Of a stretch of DNA of 64,000 nt, positions 50,077 through 61,734 are shown piece by piece. Below the pieces are notes generated by a model. It made no database searches, was not told where the DNA came from, and saw only the letters and a program-made list of their open reading frames with translations. This stretch comes from Amoebophrya sp. A120. Taxonomy: Eukaryota; Protista; Dinoflagellata. The DNA lies in NCBI GenBank assembly GCA_905178155.1, contig CAJINV010000014.1:1826593-1890592 (forward strand). The letters are read 5' to 3'. The translations under genes and the position numbers were made by a program. Numbering within the stretch: the first letter of the stretch is position 1; each line of letters opens with the position of its first letter.

Positions 50077-51836
50077 GTTGGCTTGCTGTTCTTTGCGAAA
50101 TTTAAATTATGACAAAAAAAGCTATGTCAAAAAGTAGTCCATGTGGGTAAGAAATGTACTTGGTTCTTCAACAGGAGGCTCGCAAGTAAAACACTGAAGA
50201 AAAAGAAATCTAGAGCTGACTACAATTATCTCTACGACCAATTAAAGTACAGACACGACCTCGACTGCGACCACACGCCTGCTAGACATAATGAGATGCG
50301 TCAAAAGATTTCTGATGTTGCGCATAGAATTGAACCTCGACGAGGCCCAACGCAAACGGTCGTCGTGATCTGTACAATCACAACTTTGAAGTTGGTTGTT
50401 GAGCTTTGATTTTGATCATTTTTTTTTCTCATCAGAAGATCACTTCGTGGTCTTGCACAGCGGACTCTTAATTATTCATGCTTTTGATCTTCCAAACAAT
50501 GACCAGTCGTTGTTCAGGAGTCACGGAGAAGAAGATTGATCTTCAAGCAGAGTTTTCATAAACACATTCGCAGCTGACAGAACCCATTTCGAATAGATGC
50601 TTTAACTTTTCATACAAGTTCTTTTCTGTTTCTGTCACACGAAGATCCGTATTTATTTTTCAAGGATCAAGATCAACAACATTGGATTGACAATAAATTA
50701 AGCTGGATCTTTTGTAAAGAATCTTCTCTGTCACGACTATAGGCAGGCGTTGGATCGTGCCAACATCCTCGCAAAGATAATGCGTCTTGTAGATGCTCAT
50801 CTATAATCTTCGTCGGGTTTTACGATCCTGCTCAACTCTCTCTATCTCCTGGTTTTCCAGGTGCTTCTAGCTTCCTCTTCTACAAACACACGAACATGTT
50901 CATGTCCTCCTTGCTCCTCCTACTCCTTGGGAAAGATGACGGATGCCACGACTACTAAGGTATGGTCCCGCTGCTCGCGGGAAGGACTGATGGTCGAGAT
51001 GAAGACGCAAGAAGAATCTAATCACATAAATATTACATGCGGAGAACAACAAGGGACAAGCTTGAATCGATGCCAAAGATCCACTTTATTCTCGTTATCA
51101 GCTCCGTTGCAGTTTTTGCTCCATCCACCCGGCCTTGATGTTAGCGTCTTCTCAATAGCCCAAGCAGCTGCAGTTCTTGTTCTAGTGGCAGGAGTGGTGC
51201 TACCAGTGCCTACTTCTTTTCTTTCCTCCCACTTTACTTGGTAGTCAATATTTTTATCCTAATCTGCTTGACCATCGTTCGCAGAGTCACGCACCTTTGC
51301 TGGTACCTGCGCTCGCTATCGAATGCAAATGTGTCTGGGTTTGGCGATTTCTCATGCAGGTTGGGCTTGGACGAGAAACAGAATCTTCACGTGCACGGCT
51401 CAATTGATTCTTGACTGCAAAGCGCGGGACGAAGTTCTCGACTCATGATACTAGGCCTCCCTGTGTAGTAAGTTCGCTGCTGCTGCATGGCGAACTGCGT
51501 TCCCGCATCATAACAGAAAAGATGAGCAGCTTGTGGGTATTAACGTGCAAAAGTGCCTTGAGCCTCATGACTTAGAAATTTTCCCTTCATCGTCTTCCTC
51601 TGTCTAGATCCAGATCCAGACATAGCATCACAATGCATAGACCCGGTAGCTCAGCAATTGCCAGGAGTCGACAGCCAGCAGCTTGCGACAATCGTTCGCG
51701 TAGGCTATGGGACATCCACATGAAAACTTCTGGTCAACTACATTCCAGCACACGTAGTACTTACATCAACAAATTAGAAGGACGACCTGCCTTTGGGAAG
51801 AAAACGTGGTCACGACCAAGCTGCTTCCTGCTTTTG

Positions 51837-54800
51837 TCATGATGCAGACAAGTGGGCCACGCGATTGTAATTCTTTGGTTGTCCTTCCGAGGAGTCATTT
51901 GATATTTCTGGCGCCTTTACAAAAACGTGTACGTAGTAGTTGAAACTAAAGTTCATGATGCATAGGAGCCGTGCGTAGTAGGGATCGACGGTAGAAGACT
52001 GTGGCGCTCCACCTCCAATTGAGTTCGCTGCTTTTCCTTGCGGCAAGACATCTACATTTACTGCAGCAGCCCCGTTGTGTTGCATTCCCGGCGCTACTAG
52101 CCCAGACCCTGTAGTGCCTGAGGTCGCCGTTGAACTTGTTGCAGCCTTAGAGAGGCAAAGAAGTGCTTTTTTCATGTTCAATTCCTTGCTGCTGGTGGTG
52201 GTCTGCTGTTGACCAAGTGCACGTTGTTGAGGTCGATTTGTGATTTGGTGGGCAAGAAAATTTTTATGAGCCCCGGCTGCATGATGATACTCACCAAGAC
52301 CTGCTGCCTGAGCTTCGTCTCCGGAGGTGTACTCGAAAGCTAGCAGCTGCAGCTTTGTTAACAGTTTCTGAAGTTCGGCGAGGAGCAACGCTTCCTCGAG
52401 TTTGACCGACTCGAGGAGCACGGAAACCGACTCAAGGTCCTCGTGTAGATCGAGTTTTTCACCACGTCCAGACGTGCCCCCGCCGATTCTCTGGTCCGGA
52501 TGCTCTAGTACTCGGTGCGACACCAGCCGCGGTGGTTCTTGTCGTGAATCAATGCGGTCCTGTGGCTGTGCTGGCATAGAAGTAGAAGTGCCACTATGTA
52601 TTAGGTCGAGTAATGATCCGATTGCGCTTAGCGAGTCCGCTAGTGCAGCCTCGTTCTCTGCGTCTGCGCCACGAGCTTTGTGGTCGAGCTGCTGGAAGAT
52701 GAAATTACTAAACCCTCCGGTTGATGTGCGTGTGCCTACTGGTTGTGTTTCTCTGGCTCCGTCTCCCGCTGCTGTTGAAGTTGGTTTTTGCCGGCTCATG
52801 GCGGACGAAACGACCTGCGAAACGAGCTCCAAAAAATGCACCAAATCTTGCAACCCTTCATCAGAGGAAGTGTAGACGGTGCTGTTGGTGGAAGAAGGAG
52901 GCTCAGATGACCTGTTGGCAGACGAAGCCGCGACTGCTCTTGCTGTATTCTGTGCAAAAGTTGCATCGCGCTCGTACTTAAGTGCAATATTCTTGTACAA
53001 CGAGGACAAATAGACCTATATTAGCTGAACCCGCATGCTTAATTTCGTTTTTCATAGCATTGATTTCATTTTTGTGATGAAAGTAGTGCTCGTACGGCTA
53101 CGGTGAAACTACAATTACACTCCTTATCCGCCTGTAGCTTCGTGCTCTTGTCTCACGGCTCCCACCAGCGGCTTCAGTTGTGCGAGCGTCGCTTGGAGGT
53201 CCGCGCTGCTCTTCTTCAAAGCAATTTCCAGCTTGGAGAGACCCTGCAACAGCTGTTGATGGTCGTAGAAGTACGTCGACTGCTGGTGGTCCTCGTTTCC
53301 TAGTGCTAGTTCCGCTCCTCCGTTTTGGTTCTTTTGGGCAGAAGACGACGAGGACGAAAAAATGTGCTGGGTAGAAGTAGTTCCACCTGATGTCCTGTTA
53401 CCTCCGCTCTGGTGCGGCCCACTCCTCCACGACGAGGACGCGTTGCTCATCAACGTCGACGACCGCCTTGAAGCTACTTCCGCACCGGCTGTTGTTGTTC
53501 CTTGGCGCGAAAAATAATACCAAGCGGAAGCCGGCGCTCCTATAGTACCACCTCCACCGACGACTTCTTGGAAGAACCACGAAAAGCTCTCCGTCCAGGA
53601 GGCCGGTTCCGCGGCGTTTGGCATCAAGCGGAAAAAGTATCACAGTGCAGCCTCATCTGCAACAACTGCAGTAGAACTACTAGAACAAGGAAGACCCAGC
53701 ACCAGTACAGCTTGACAACGTGGTATTCATGCGCAGAGCACGCGCTCCGTGGGAGAAACATTTCTTTGCCGAGAACTGTCGTATAACAGTTGTCGGGTCT
53801 TATTTGTAGTTGTCCTTGTCGGGCCGTGGCAATACAAAAATGTTGGATAGCGATGAAATTCATGTGCTTGTCGACTGGTGAAGTCAAGATGCCTGTTAGG
53901 GAGCCATCAACTTGATGTAAACATGAAAGAGCTCCTGCCCGGCTTTTTCTTGCGCGACCCCTACACCAGTTGCCTGGGCTGCACTTTTTTTTGAGCGGGA
54001 CTTTGTTGATACTGATGGTGAAAATGTTGAAATCGGAGGATGTGGTGTTTCGTGCAGGGTCACCAGAATCATTCTTGTAGTTGGAACTTGAACTATTAGG
54101 CCGCGGCTGAGGGCTTTGGCTAGGGTTAGTCGTGGCACGAAAAGAGCCCGGGCCCGACGCCGTGAAGCCTGTGCAGCTTTTCGTAGATTCTGCTCTTGTT
54201 GGCTCGGAGGTTCTAGAGGCACTTCTGCCTCCTCGCACGAGATGAATGCCATTCCCACGCTGCTGCCCCTCTGCTTCGTCCCCCGGACTCTGAGATGAAC
54301 TTGCAGCTGGTGGGCCTGGACCTCCATGATGATCCACCCTACTAGGACCACTACTTCCGCACGCTCCTGCGCTACCTTGCTGCCCCTGAATCCGCAGCCA
54401 CGCGGCATCGTCTTCGTACATATTCACGAGGTCGTCGTGATTAGTTTGATCCTCTTCCAGCGAGGAGGAGGACGAAGAGGATTTGGACATATTCACTTTT
54501 TGCGAGCCTGATAAAGTGTTTGCATTTGTAGTGTTCTCTCCTCCACCCCCGTATCAACTGTAAAGGTGTCTGGGTCTGGAAGCATTCATGTTTGTCATGC
54601 TTGTCTGGCATGACTCTTAAATCTGTCATGCACGTTACACAAGAACGCCGTTCTTCTGTGATGCAGAAGCGCAGTTTGTCATGCAGAATAGGCAACACCT
54701 AGGAGCTCAGAAACTTGTCATGTTGAGCCAGCATCTGTAGCCTCATCATGAGACGCCACCCAGCATCACAAGTTTCCAGACCCAGACATTTTTACATTTG

Positions 54801-56822
54801 ATACCCCGCCGCGGCCAGCAATACCGGAGTGGTCGAAGGTAATCCCAATCGCATTCAAATTCATCTCGTCCGAGCCTGTGGGGGCAACGCGGGTAAATCC
54901 GTTGGCAGATGATGATGATGATGAAGAAGAACTTCTACCGGAGATGAAATCAAGACCAGCCTTGGGGACGACCGCCCGAGAAGACACCGAGTAGTATTCG
55001 ACGGTCGAAGGAGTTGAAGAAATTATCTGCGCTTTTGTGCCGCGCTCGGAAAGAACGGATGAAGCTGTGTCATTTATTTCCTTCTTTTTCTTCTTCTTTT
55101 TCTTCATCTTCATCTCTGCACCGTTGATATTTCTTGTGGCGTCCAAGGACAAGAATCCCGGCGCCAGTGTGTTCGAAAACACCTGCTCCGCAGATGACGA
55201 TTTTTCTGGATCGTTGTACTGTCCTCGCTTGGAGACCTCGTCGGTGTTCATGTTGCTAGACGCCGTGGTCCCCCCAAGAATTGCGATGGCTCCACCAAGC
55301 GCTCCGAAAAGTCCCGGCACATTTTCGCGATAGAGGGCATCGTCTTCCTCAGGGTCAGGGGCTCGGTCTTCACTCGCGCCAGACGGAACGGACGAAGAAT
55401 TTGCGACTCCTGCGCGACCCCCCGGTGCCTGTGCTGGAGGCCCTGGTGGGGGTGGCCCAGCTACCGATGTTGCTGTAGAGGCGGACGCGGGAGCGGGAGC
55501 CGGCCCGGCGGATCTAGGTGCAATTCTGTTGTCGCCTACTTCCCCAGACTTTGACAACGGCCGTTTTGAGGACCCTGCACTACCATTATCCTCTGCAAAA
55601 GTTGTTGTATCACGCGCTGCTCGTACTAATTCTAATTGCAGCACAGCACGGGGATTCACTTTCCTCGTGGTCCCTCGTCCTGATCATACTGATTCAGCAT
55701 TGATTTTTGCATACGAACTCCATGCTTGTAGTTCCTTCTTTGTTAGAAAAAATGTCGCATGCAATTTCATCTTCTAGTTAGCAGGTCGCTGCTGATACTT
55801 TTGCCATTGCATAGCCATCTTTCAGGACCAGTTTGAAGCACACGTCGTCGTCAAAAAAGAGCTATAGAATCCGAATATGTTTGCATCTGGGACATAATAG
55901 TTGATGCGCGTGTTATTGTCATCTATCTTGATCACGCAGGTGGTTTGCTAGAATACACGCGAAAGCCCTACAGGTTTAGCGCCGAACTCGTGAATGCCAG
56001 CTCCGCATGAGAAGTTCGCTGCTTGCGAAGAGAAAAATGAACCGGTTCATCACTCAGCAACATGCGAAACAAATTTCGATTTTCGTGCTGTGAAGAATTT
56101 GATACAGCTTTCGCACATGTTCCACCAAGTAAGTTTGCACTTTATAATTTCCCGACCCAAGAGACATCATATTCGGTGCAATGCATACGAGGTCGCGACT
56201 CATGGCGCCCTGATATTGCTCGAACACCGGTCCGTAAAAGTCGCTTACTTCCATAGTCTATGCATTGCAAAACTATCCTATCGTACTAGTATAAATTGCA
56301 TTACAAATTTTCCCAAGAACAAAAATGTAATTTGTCATGCTATTTCAGGTAGAAAGTTGGATTTGTCATGCATATCTGCAATTAGTACGAGTACGATACT
56401 TTTGCACAGGATATAGTCGCCAGATCCGCAATTTGGTCCTCCTGGCTTGAAGATGGCAAGGCCCGCGTGAAGAATGACCCCGAGGACTTGGCTCTCGTGC
56501 CTGCCGGCGCTAACAAGACCTGCAACGTGACACGAATCACCATGTTTCGACCAGAACTGAGCAGCAACTGACTGTCGACTGGGAACTGGCAGCCAACTGG
56601 GCGCCAGGTTATAGTTGTTGTGGTTGACGTTGATCTCGAAGCAGATTGTACAACCGTGTCCGTCCAGGGCGTTACTTTCACCCCAAACGTTTCCCCGAGG
56701 CGGTCCTCTGGCCAAACCAATTGGAGACGGAGACGCAGCTTGTGCGGCTGAAGCGTGTGGAGCCCACGAGCTTCCAACAGGTGCACTTGGAGATTTCGAG
56801 TCGAACTACTGCTCGATGACAT
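51837..56822 (-). CDS. Large low-complexity protein with N-terminal C2-like domain, multi-exon; 3' end uncertain
   Basis: LQVHLLEARGL first-strand motif; in-frame joins DLAT/MEVS and KDG/SAG; further minus ORFs 54766-55659, 53624-54496, 53124-53627, 51837-53009. Confidence 0.55.
54552..54803. mobile_element. Introner-like element, family B
   Basis: Family B TIR; DR ccccg. Confidence 0.9.
55587..55813. mobile_element. Degenerate family A element
   Basis: tatcctctgcaaaagt / gatacttttgccattgcata; DR accat/gccat. Confidence 0.78.
56259..56413. mobile_element. Introner-like element, family A
   Basis: Family A TIR; DR tagtc; frame restored. Confidence 0.9.
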
Positions 56823-57914
56823 GATGGCTCAATATAGAATTTCGTATTTTTCTTGTGTCACATTGGTGAAGGCTTTTCTACTTTGATCCTCGTTCACAAG
56901 ATCCTATAGTTAGAAGTGCATATTACTTAAGATTTTTAGCAAGTATACATCAAAGCGCAGGTGCATCTTCGGTGGTGTTGATGTTGAGATGTCCGTAGGT
57001 ATGTATCTTGTGGCTCCGTTATTTCGCAATGATTTTTTATGTCGACGCGGTCAAAATCGTCGAAGTGCGCCCTTTATTCGCAACAGGAAGCGGCTCCTTC
57101 GCTTCGATGCGGCAGCGCGAGGCTGGTGTTGATCTTCTCCTCGTTCCTACGCTTCGTTGCGAAGAAGGAACTACTGGTGAAAATAAGTATCTCATGTTGC
57201 AAATGCAAAATGAGTCCCCTATTTCCACTACTTCTCACGATCTCGTCCACGGAGCTTCTGAAGCTGCAATAACGAATGTTGAAGACATGAGGAGCAGGAA
57301 GAGTCACAAGATCGAAACTGTTGCTGCGTTGTATCGCTGGAGAAATGAAACTTCTGCTCAATAAAATCATTAAATAATATATGAAGAAAATAAGGGCAAC
57401 TATATTTATACAAAAAAAAGGAACGCAAATCTAAGGTCTGGATAGATATTTCTGCAGCTACGACCACAACACGTACGAAACTCAAACTTCTCAACGAGAA
57501 CGATCATAATACCGCCCCATTAGGGAGAAACATTGTGAAATGCTAAATCACAGAAACAAAATCACGGTGGCAAAACAAGAAGCGAATCTATCTGCAATCC
57601 GAAGAACTTGAACTACAACAGCAGCTTGGGCTTGCACAAGCTCATTTGTAGAGCCATAGCACCCAGAACATGAGAAAAATGATCTAAGTTGTACTGGCGA
57701 GCAATCTTCTCGACGACGGCCGATGATCTTGTACGTTTTTGTGTTTTATTTTGGATACAGGGGGAAGTTTTATTTCATGCACGGGTTTTTCCTATGCCTC
57801 GTCATCAATCAACATATGCCTCGTCATCAATCAGCAGATGCCTCGTCATCAACAGAAGCCGAAGAAGATCATATAAATATTCAGCAATAAAGTTCACAAG
57901 ATCTTCACTTTCTA

Positions 57915-60560
57915 TCACAGCTCTTCCGCCGACCTGGGTAGGGTCCGCTTGGTTGCTTTTCCGCTGACAAAATGCGTTCTATCGCCGACGTATCCGTCCG
58001 TCTTGCGCTTCAAAAAACACTTCCGCCGGTCCTTCCCCGCGAGGCCGTAGCTCCACTTGTAGCTATCGATGTGTCAGGATCGAAATCGACAAAATCGAAA
58101 AATTTGTAATGCATATATGAAATGTAGGGCAAGTAAGGCCTGTGCTGGGGAGCAGGCAAATGAGACCGATTGCAAGCCTGTTTCATCGGGGAAGGCGATG
58201 TGCGGCCGGAGCAGCGCGACAGGAAAAGTCTTCTTTGCCCAAACAGAATGACAGACAGATTTTTGGTGCTCCCGAATTTTGTCATGCGCCACTTGAAAAG
58301 ACCTGAGGCTCCAAGTGGTATCGATTTTATGCATCGCGAATCATTTCGATTTTGTTGATTTCGATCCGGACACTTCCATAGTAGCATTCGGGGTGTTTGT
58401 CGCACTCCGCGCAGCAGTATCACAGCAAAAAGCGTTCACGTTAACGGAATTTGTGATGCAGCAATGCATCACAAAACTACATTTCACCAAAATTTGTAAT
58501 GCATAGCATGCATATTGGGCTACATTTGTGATGCATGACTGCAATCTGTGAAAACCGTTAAAAAAGTTAACACTTTTTCTTGTGATAAGCAGTCCGTGGC
58601 CGACGGGATGTCGTACAGTGCGTCGCCCCCGGTCAGCGGCTCGAGATCGCCGTAAAACCAAAAGGCGTCGTGTATCATCTCGCAATTTTTCACGCTATCG
58701 AAGCGCCAGGCGCGAAATCGACAAGACGAATTGAGACGATCTGCCATGCACGAAATTATGCTAGGCGCAATATCATCATGAACAGGATTGATACTTGTAA
58801 GTATAGAATGCAAGTACGGAAACACGTCAGAGGAGGCGAATGAGGCCGATCGCAAGCCCAACTAGGGGCAAGAACAATATGGCTACTTAAGGGCATGGTG
58901 CGAGTTTTAGCCCCATTTGCAACTACATCAAACAGAGTGGCAAATTGATGACGATGCTGGCAGTGTGCCCTGTAGCGAACTGCTGCGCGCTACTCCCTCC
59001 TCCAGCCCGAGAGCAGCTGAGCGCCGATCTTCTATGGCGATCGGTTGATCTATACCATAAGGGCGCGGCTGTTATGAGGCTAGGTCTTTTCGGACTTGGG
59101 TGTGGACCAAACACAGGTATTGCATATCGGTGTCACTTTCGAATGACAAATTGCATATCGGTGTCAAAAACAGGAGGTATGATCGAGTTTAATACGCGCC
59201 GTCAACACGAATCGTTTCAACAGTGTCGATTTCCAACCTGCCACTTCCCTAGATGAACACTGCTTTTTCGTCCGTGTCGTGCGCTTCCGCGATTCGCGTG
59301 CTGATGCGGCGCTCCTCATGAAAAGACTTCTCCCGCCCTGTTTTGTCCGCAGACAGGCTGTCGTTCTCGTCGGGCTATGAACTGCAAAAGTAACGTACTA
59401 GTATGAATTGCATTACAAATCGGCTCAGCATTTTTACGAATTGAATTTGTAATGCTGATTTCCCTGAACACCTAGATTTGTAATGCATAACTGCAATCAG
59501 TACGAGTACGATACTTTTGCGCAGGATACGGGCGCGGGCGGCTCGATCTCTTCGAACGGCGTATTCTGTGAAAATTAACCATTCCTAGCAAATTTGTCAT
59601 GCAAGACATGTAGTAAAGTCTGGGTTTGTCATGCAAAAAGTGGATGGGGATGGTTAATTTTCGGAGAATACGGCAGGAGGTTCTCAAACAGCTCCTGTGT
59701 TATCCTGTGCAAAAGTATCGCACTCGTATTGCAATAATGCATTACAAATATTTTTCTTGAGGTAAATCCGCATTACAAATTTCATTTACATTTCTCACGC
59801 TGTAATGCATTTATACGAGTACGATACTTTTGCACGGGATATGCGTTGGCGCGAAGCAATCGCGCTTCTGCCGCACGTGCGCAATCGCCTGCTCGGCGGA
59901 GATCTGCATGCGCTTCAGCAGCCACGCCGCTGCGATGGTGCCAGCCCGCGTGCATCCGTCTTTCGAGACCACCAGGACGTGCCCCTGCGCCATGCCGGAG
60001 GGCAGCCGGGGGAGGGCCTCGACCTCTTCCATGCTTTTCTGCAGCCAATCCACGCCCTTCTGGATCTCCACGACGCTCAGCAGAGAGCTCGGGTTCTGTC
60101 CGCTCTGCAACAGGAACTCGTAGGTCGCGCGGTCTTTTCCCTTATCCAGCACTTGTAGTTTTCTCTTCAGATCCAGCACGTCAATCGAGCCGGAACTACC
60201 GGTCGAAGTAGGCGGACCGCCTGCCGCGCCGGCGGATGATGTCGTCCCCGCCGTGCTGTTTTTTGACAATTTCGCCGCAGAGGACGCTGCTGCCTCCTCT
60301 TTCGTCGCCGGGGGGCTGGAGGTGGAGGCGATGATGAGTAAGTGCTTTATCCGCAACAGCCGCAGTTCCTCCGCAAGCAAGCTGTCTTGTTCAGAGCCCA
60401 GATACAGAAAGGGCCCCGAACTGGTTTCCACAGCTGGGTAAACCGCCTCGAACGCATGTGCGAAAGGAAGACGGTCGTCAAAGCGTTGGATAATCTGCAG
60501 CGTGGCCGCAAGCAGGAACGACAGGTGAAGGAGTGCTGGTGCAGCCGGAGGGGTCATCAT
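57915..60560 (-). CDS. Dual-specificity-phosphatase-like (likely pseudophosphatase) protein fused to a PAN/apple domain, 7 exons
   Basis: FLYLGS, VLVVSKDGCTRAGTIAAAWLL, AIAHVRQKR; then CEMIHDAFWFYGDL...DCCAECDKHPECYKWSY...CFLK...FVSG; ends AEEL*; six elements removed in frame. Confidence 0.75.
58064..58380. mobile_element. Introner-like element, family E
   Basis: tatcgatgtgtcaggatcgaaatc / gatttcgatccggacacttccata; DR gtagc; frame restored. Confidence 0.92.
58418..58587. mobile_element. Introner-like element, family G (short)
   Basis: tatcacagcaaaaagcg / acactttttcttgtgata; DR agcag; frame restored (DC/CAEC). Confidence 0.9.
58696..59251. mobile_element. Degenerate, enlarged family E element
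   Basis: tatcgaagcgccaggcgcgaaatcgaca / tgtcgatttccaacctgccacttcccta; DR decayed; element+5 nt removal is in frame. Confidence 0.68.
59376..59528. mobile_element. Introner-like element, family A
   Basis: Family A TIR; DR cgggc; frame restored. Confidence 0.92.
59562..59670. mobile_element. Introner-like element, family D-like
   Basis: tattctgtgaaaattaacca / tggttaattttcggagaata; DR cggcg/cggca; frame restored. Confidence 0.88.
59701..59841. mobile_element. Introner-like element, family A
   Basis: Family A TIR; DR tgtgt/tgcgt; frame restored. Confidence 0.9.
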
Positions 60561-61734
60561 CCGATCCTCGGCAAGTCAGTTGCAACTGCAAATGAAAAAA
60601 GGTCGAAGGGTTTTCGTTGTCTGTAGTAAAGAAAATCGATGCAACTGATCGACGATCATGTACTTACGCTTACCAGAGAGCGTTTAATATTACTTATTTG
60701 GGCGGCGCTGAACCGATGAAAAACGATTGGCGCGCGTACTTACCCTGTGTAGTTCTCGTAGTTGTCGTCCCTGAGAACGCACAAAAAGAGGATCAAAACG
60801 CTTCTGCGTCACGGAGTCATGATGTGAACTTGTATTGCTGACGTTGCACCTGCTTTGTTTTCTCCTCACAACTCGACTTCTCTCTTGCACAAAATCAAGA
60901 CCGTCGTCGTCGTGCATAAACAGAACAAGAAGATATCTACTACTGCATATAAAACTAGTTTCATTGTGTTCTCGCTCCTCGTCCTCCGTTCTGTTTCGAA
61001 AAAAAGTTCTCAGGCCTCCTCAACACTTCACTGTGAACACCAATCGGTTCTCCCATATCCTGCAGCACGAAGCTGCAATCATTTTCGTCTGCGCAAAACC
61101 GAACAAAACGTGTTCTGCCGCGAGGAATAAATTTGAATTTCTTGTTGTATCCTCACCTCAATCCTTGTTTTCGTTTCGCAGACTACAGACTGACAATTTC
61201 TTTTCGTTTCGCAGACAACAAAATTTGAACTTCTGATAAGACCCGAACTGTCTCAATTGGGTGCATTTTGGCAGACAAAAAAATCTTCATTTGTATTGGC
61301 GCAGAGATAAGAGGTCGTCCTGTGCGGATTGTACATGTTTCTACATTACATAGCGCATACGATCGGTGAAGCGGAAAGCTGCCGAAGGATGGTGTGTCTG
61401 TGTGTGAGAGGGTGACAGAGGAGACATAAATCCGTTCTTTCATTCGAAATCAAAAGCGATTTACTTCGTACGTAAGTATTGACGCGACAGCATCTGGATC
61501 TGTCATCTGTCCCTGTGAAATCTCGTTTCATGAATTTACCGACGCAATCGTGTGCGCGGCTTTCTGGCTGAACGCGCAATTTTTTGAGCGACATCGTCAC
61601 CAATATGAATTTCAATTTCCTGGCGATGGCGAACAACAAGGAGATCTACTCTTTTGCAGGACACACTCACACTCGAAGTGAGCCGTGTTTTCGTCCTCCA
61701 GCTGTGACAAAAGTCCTCGTCGTAAGCAACATGC

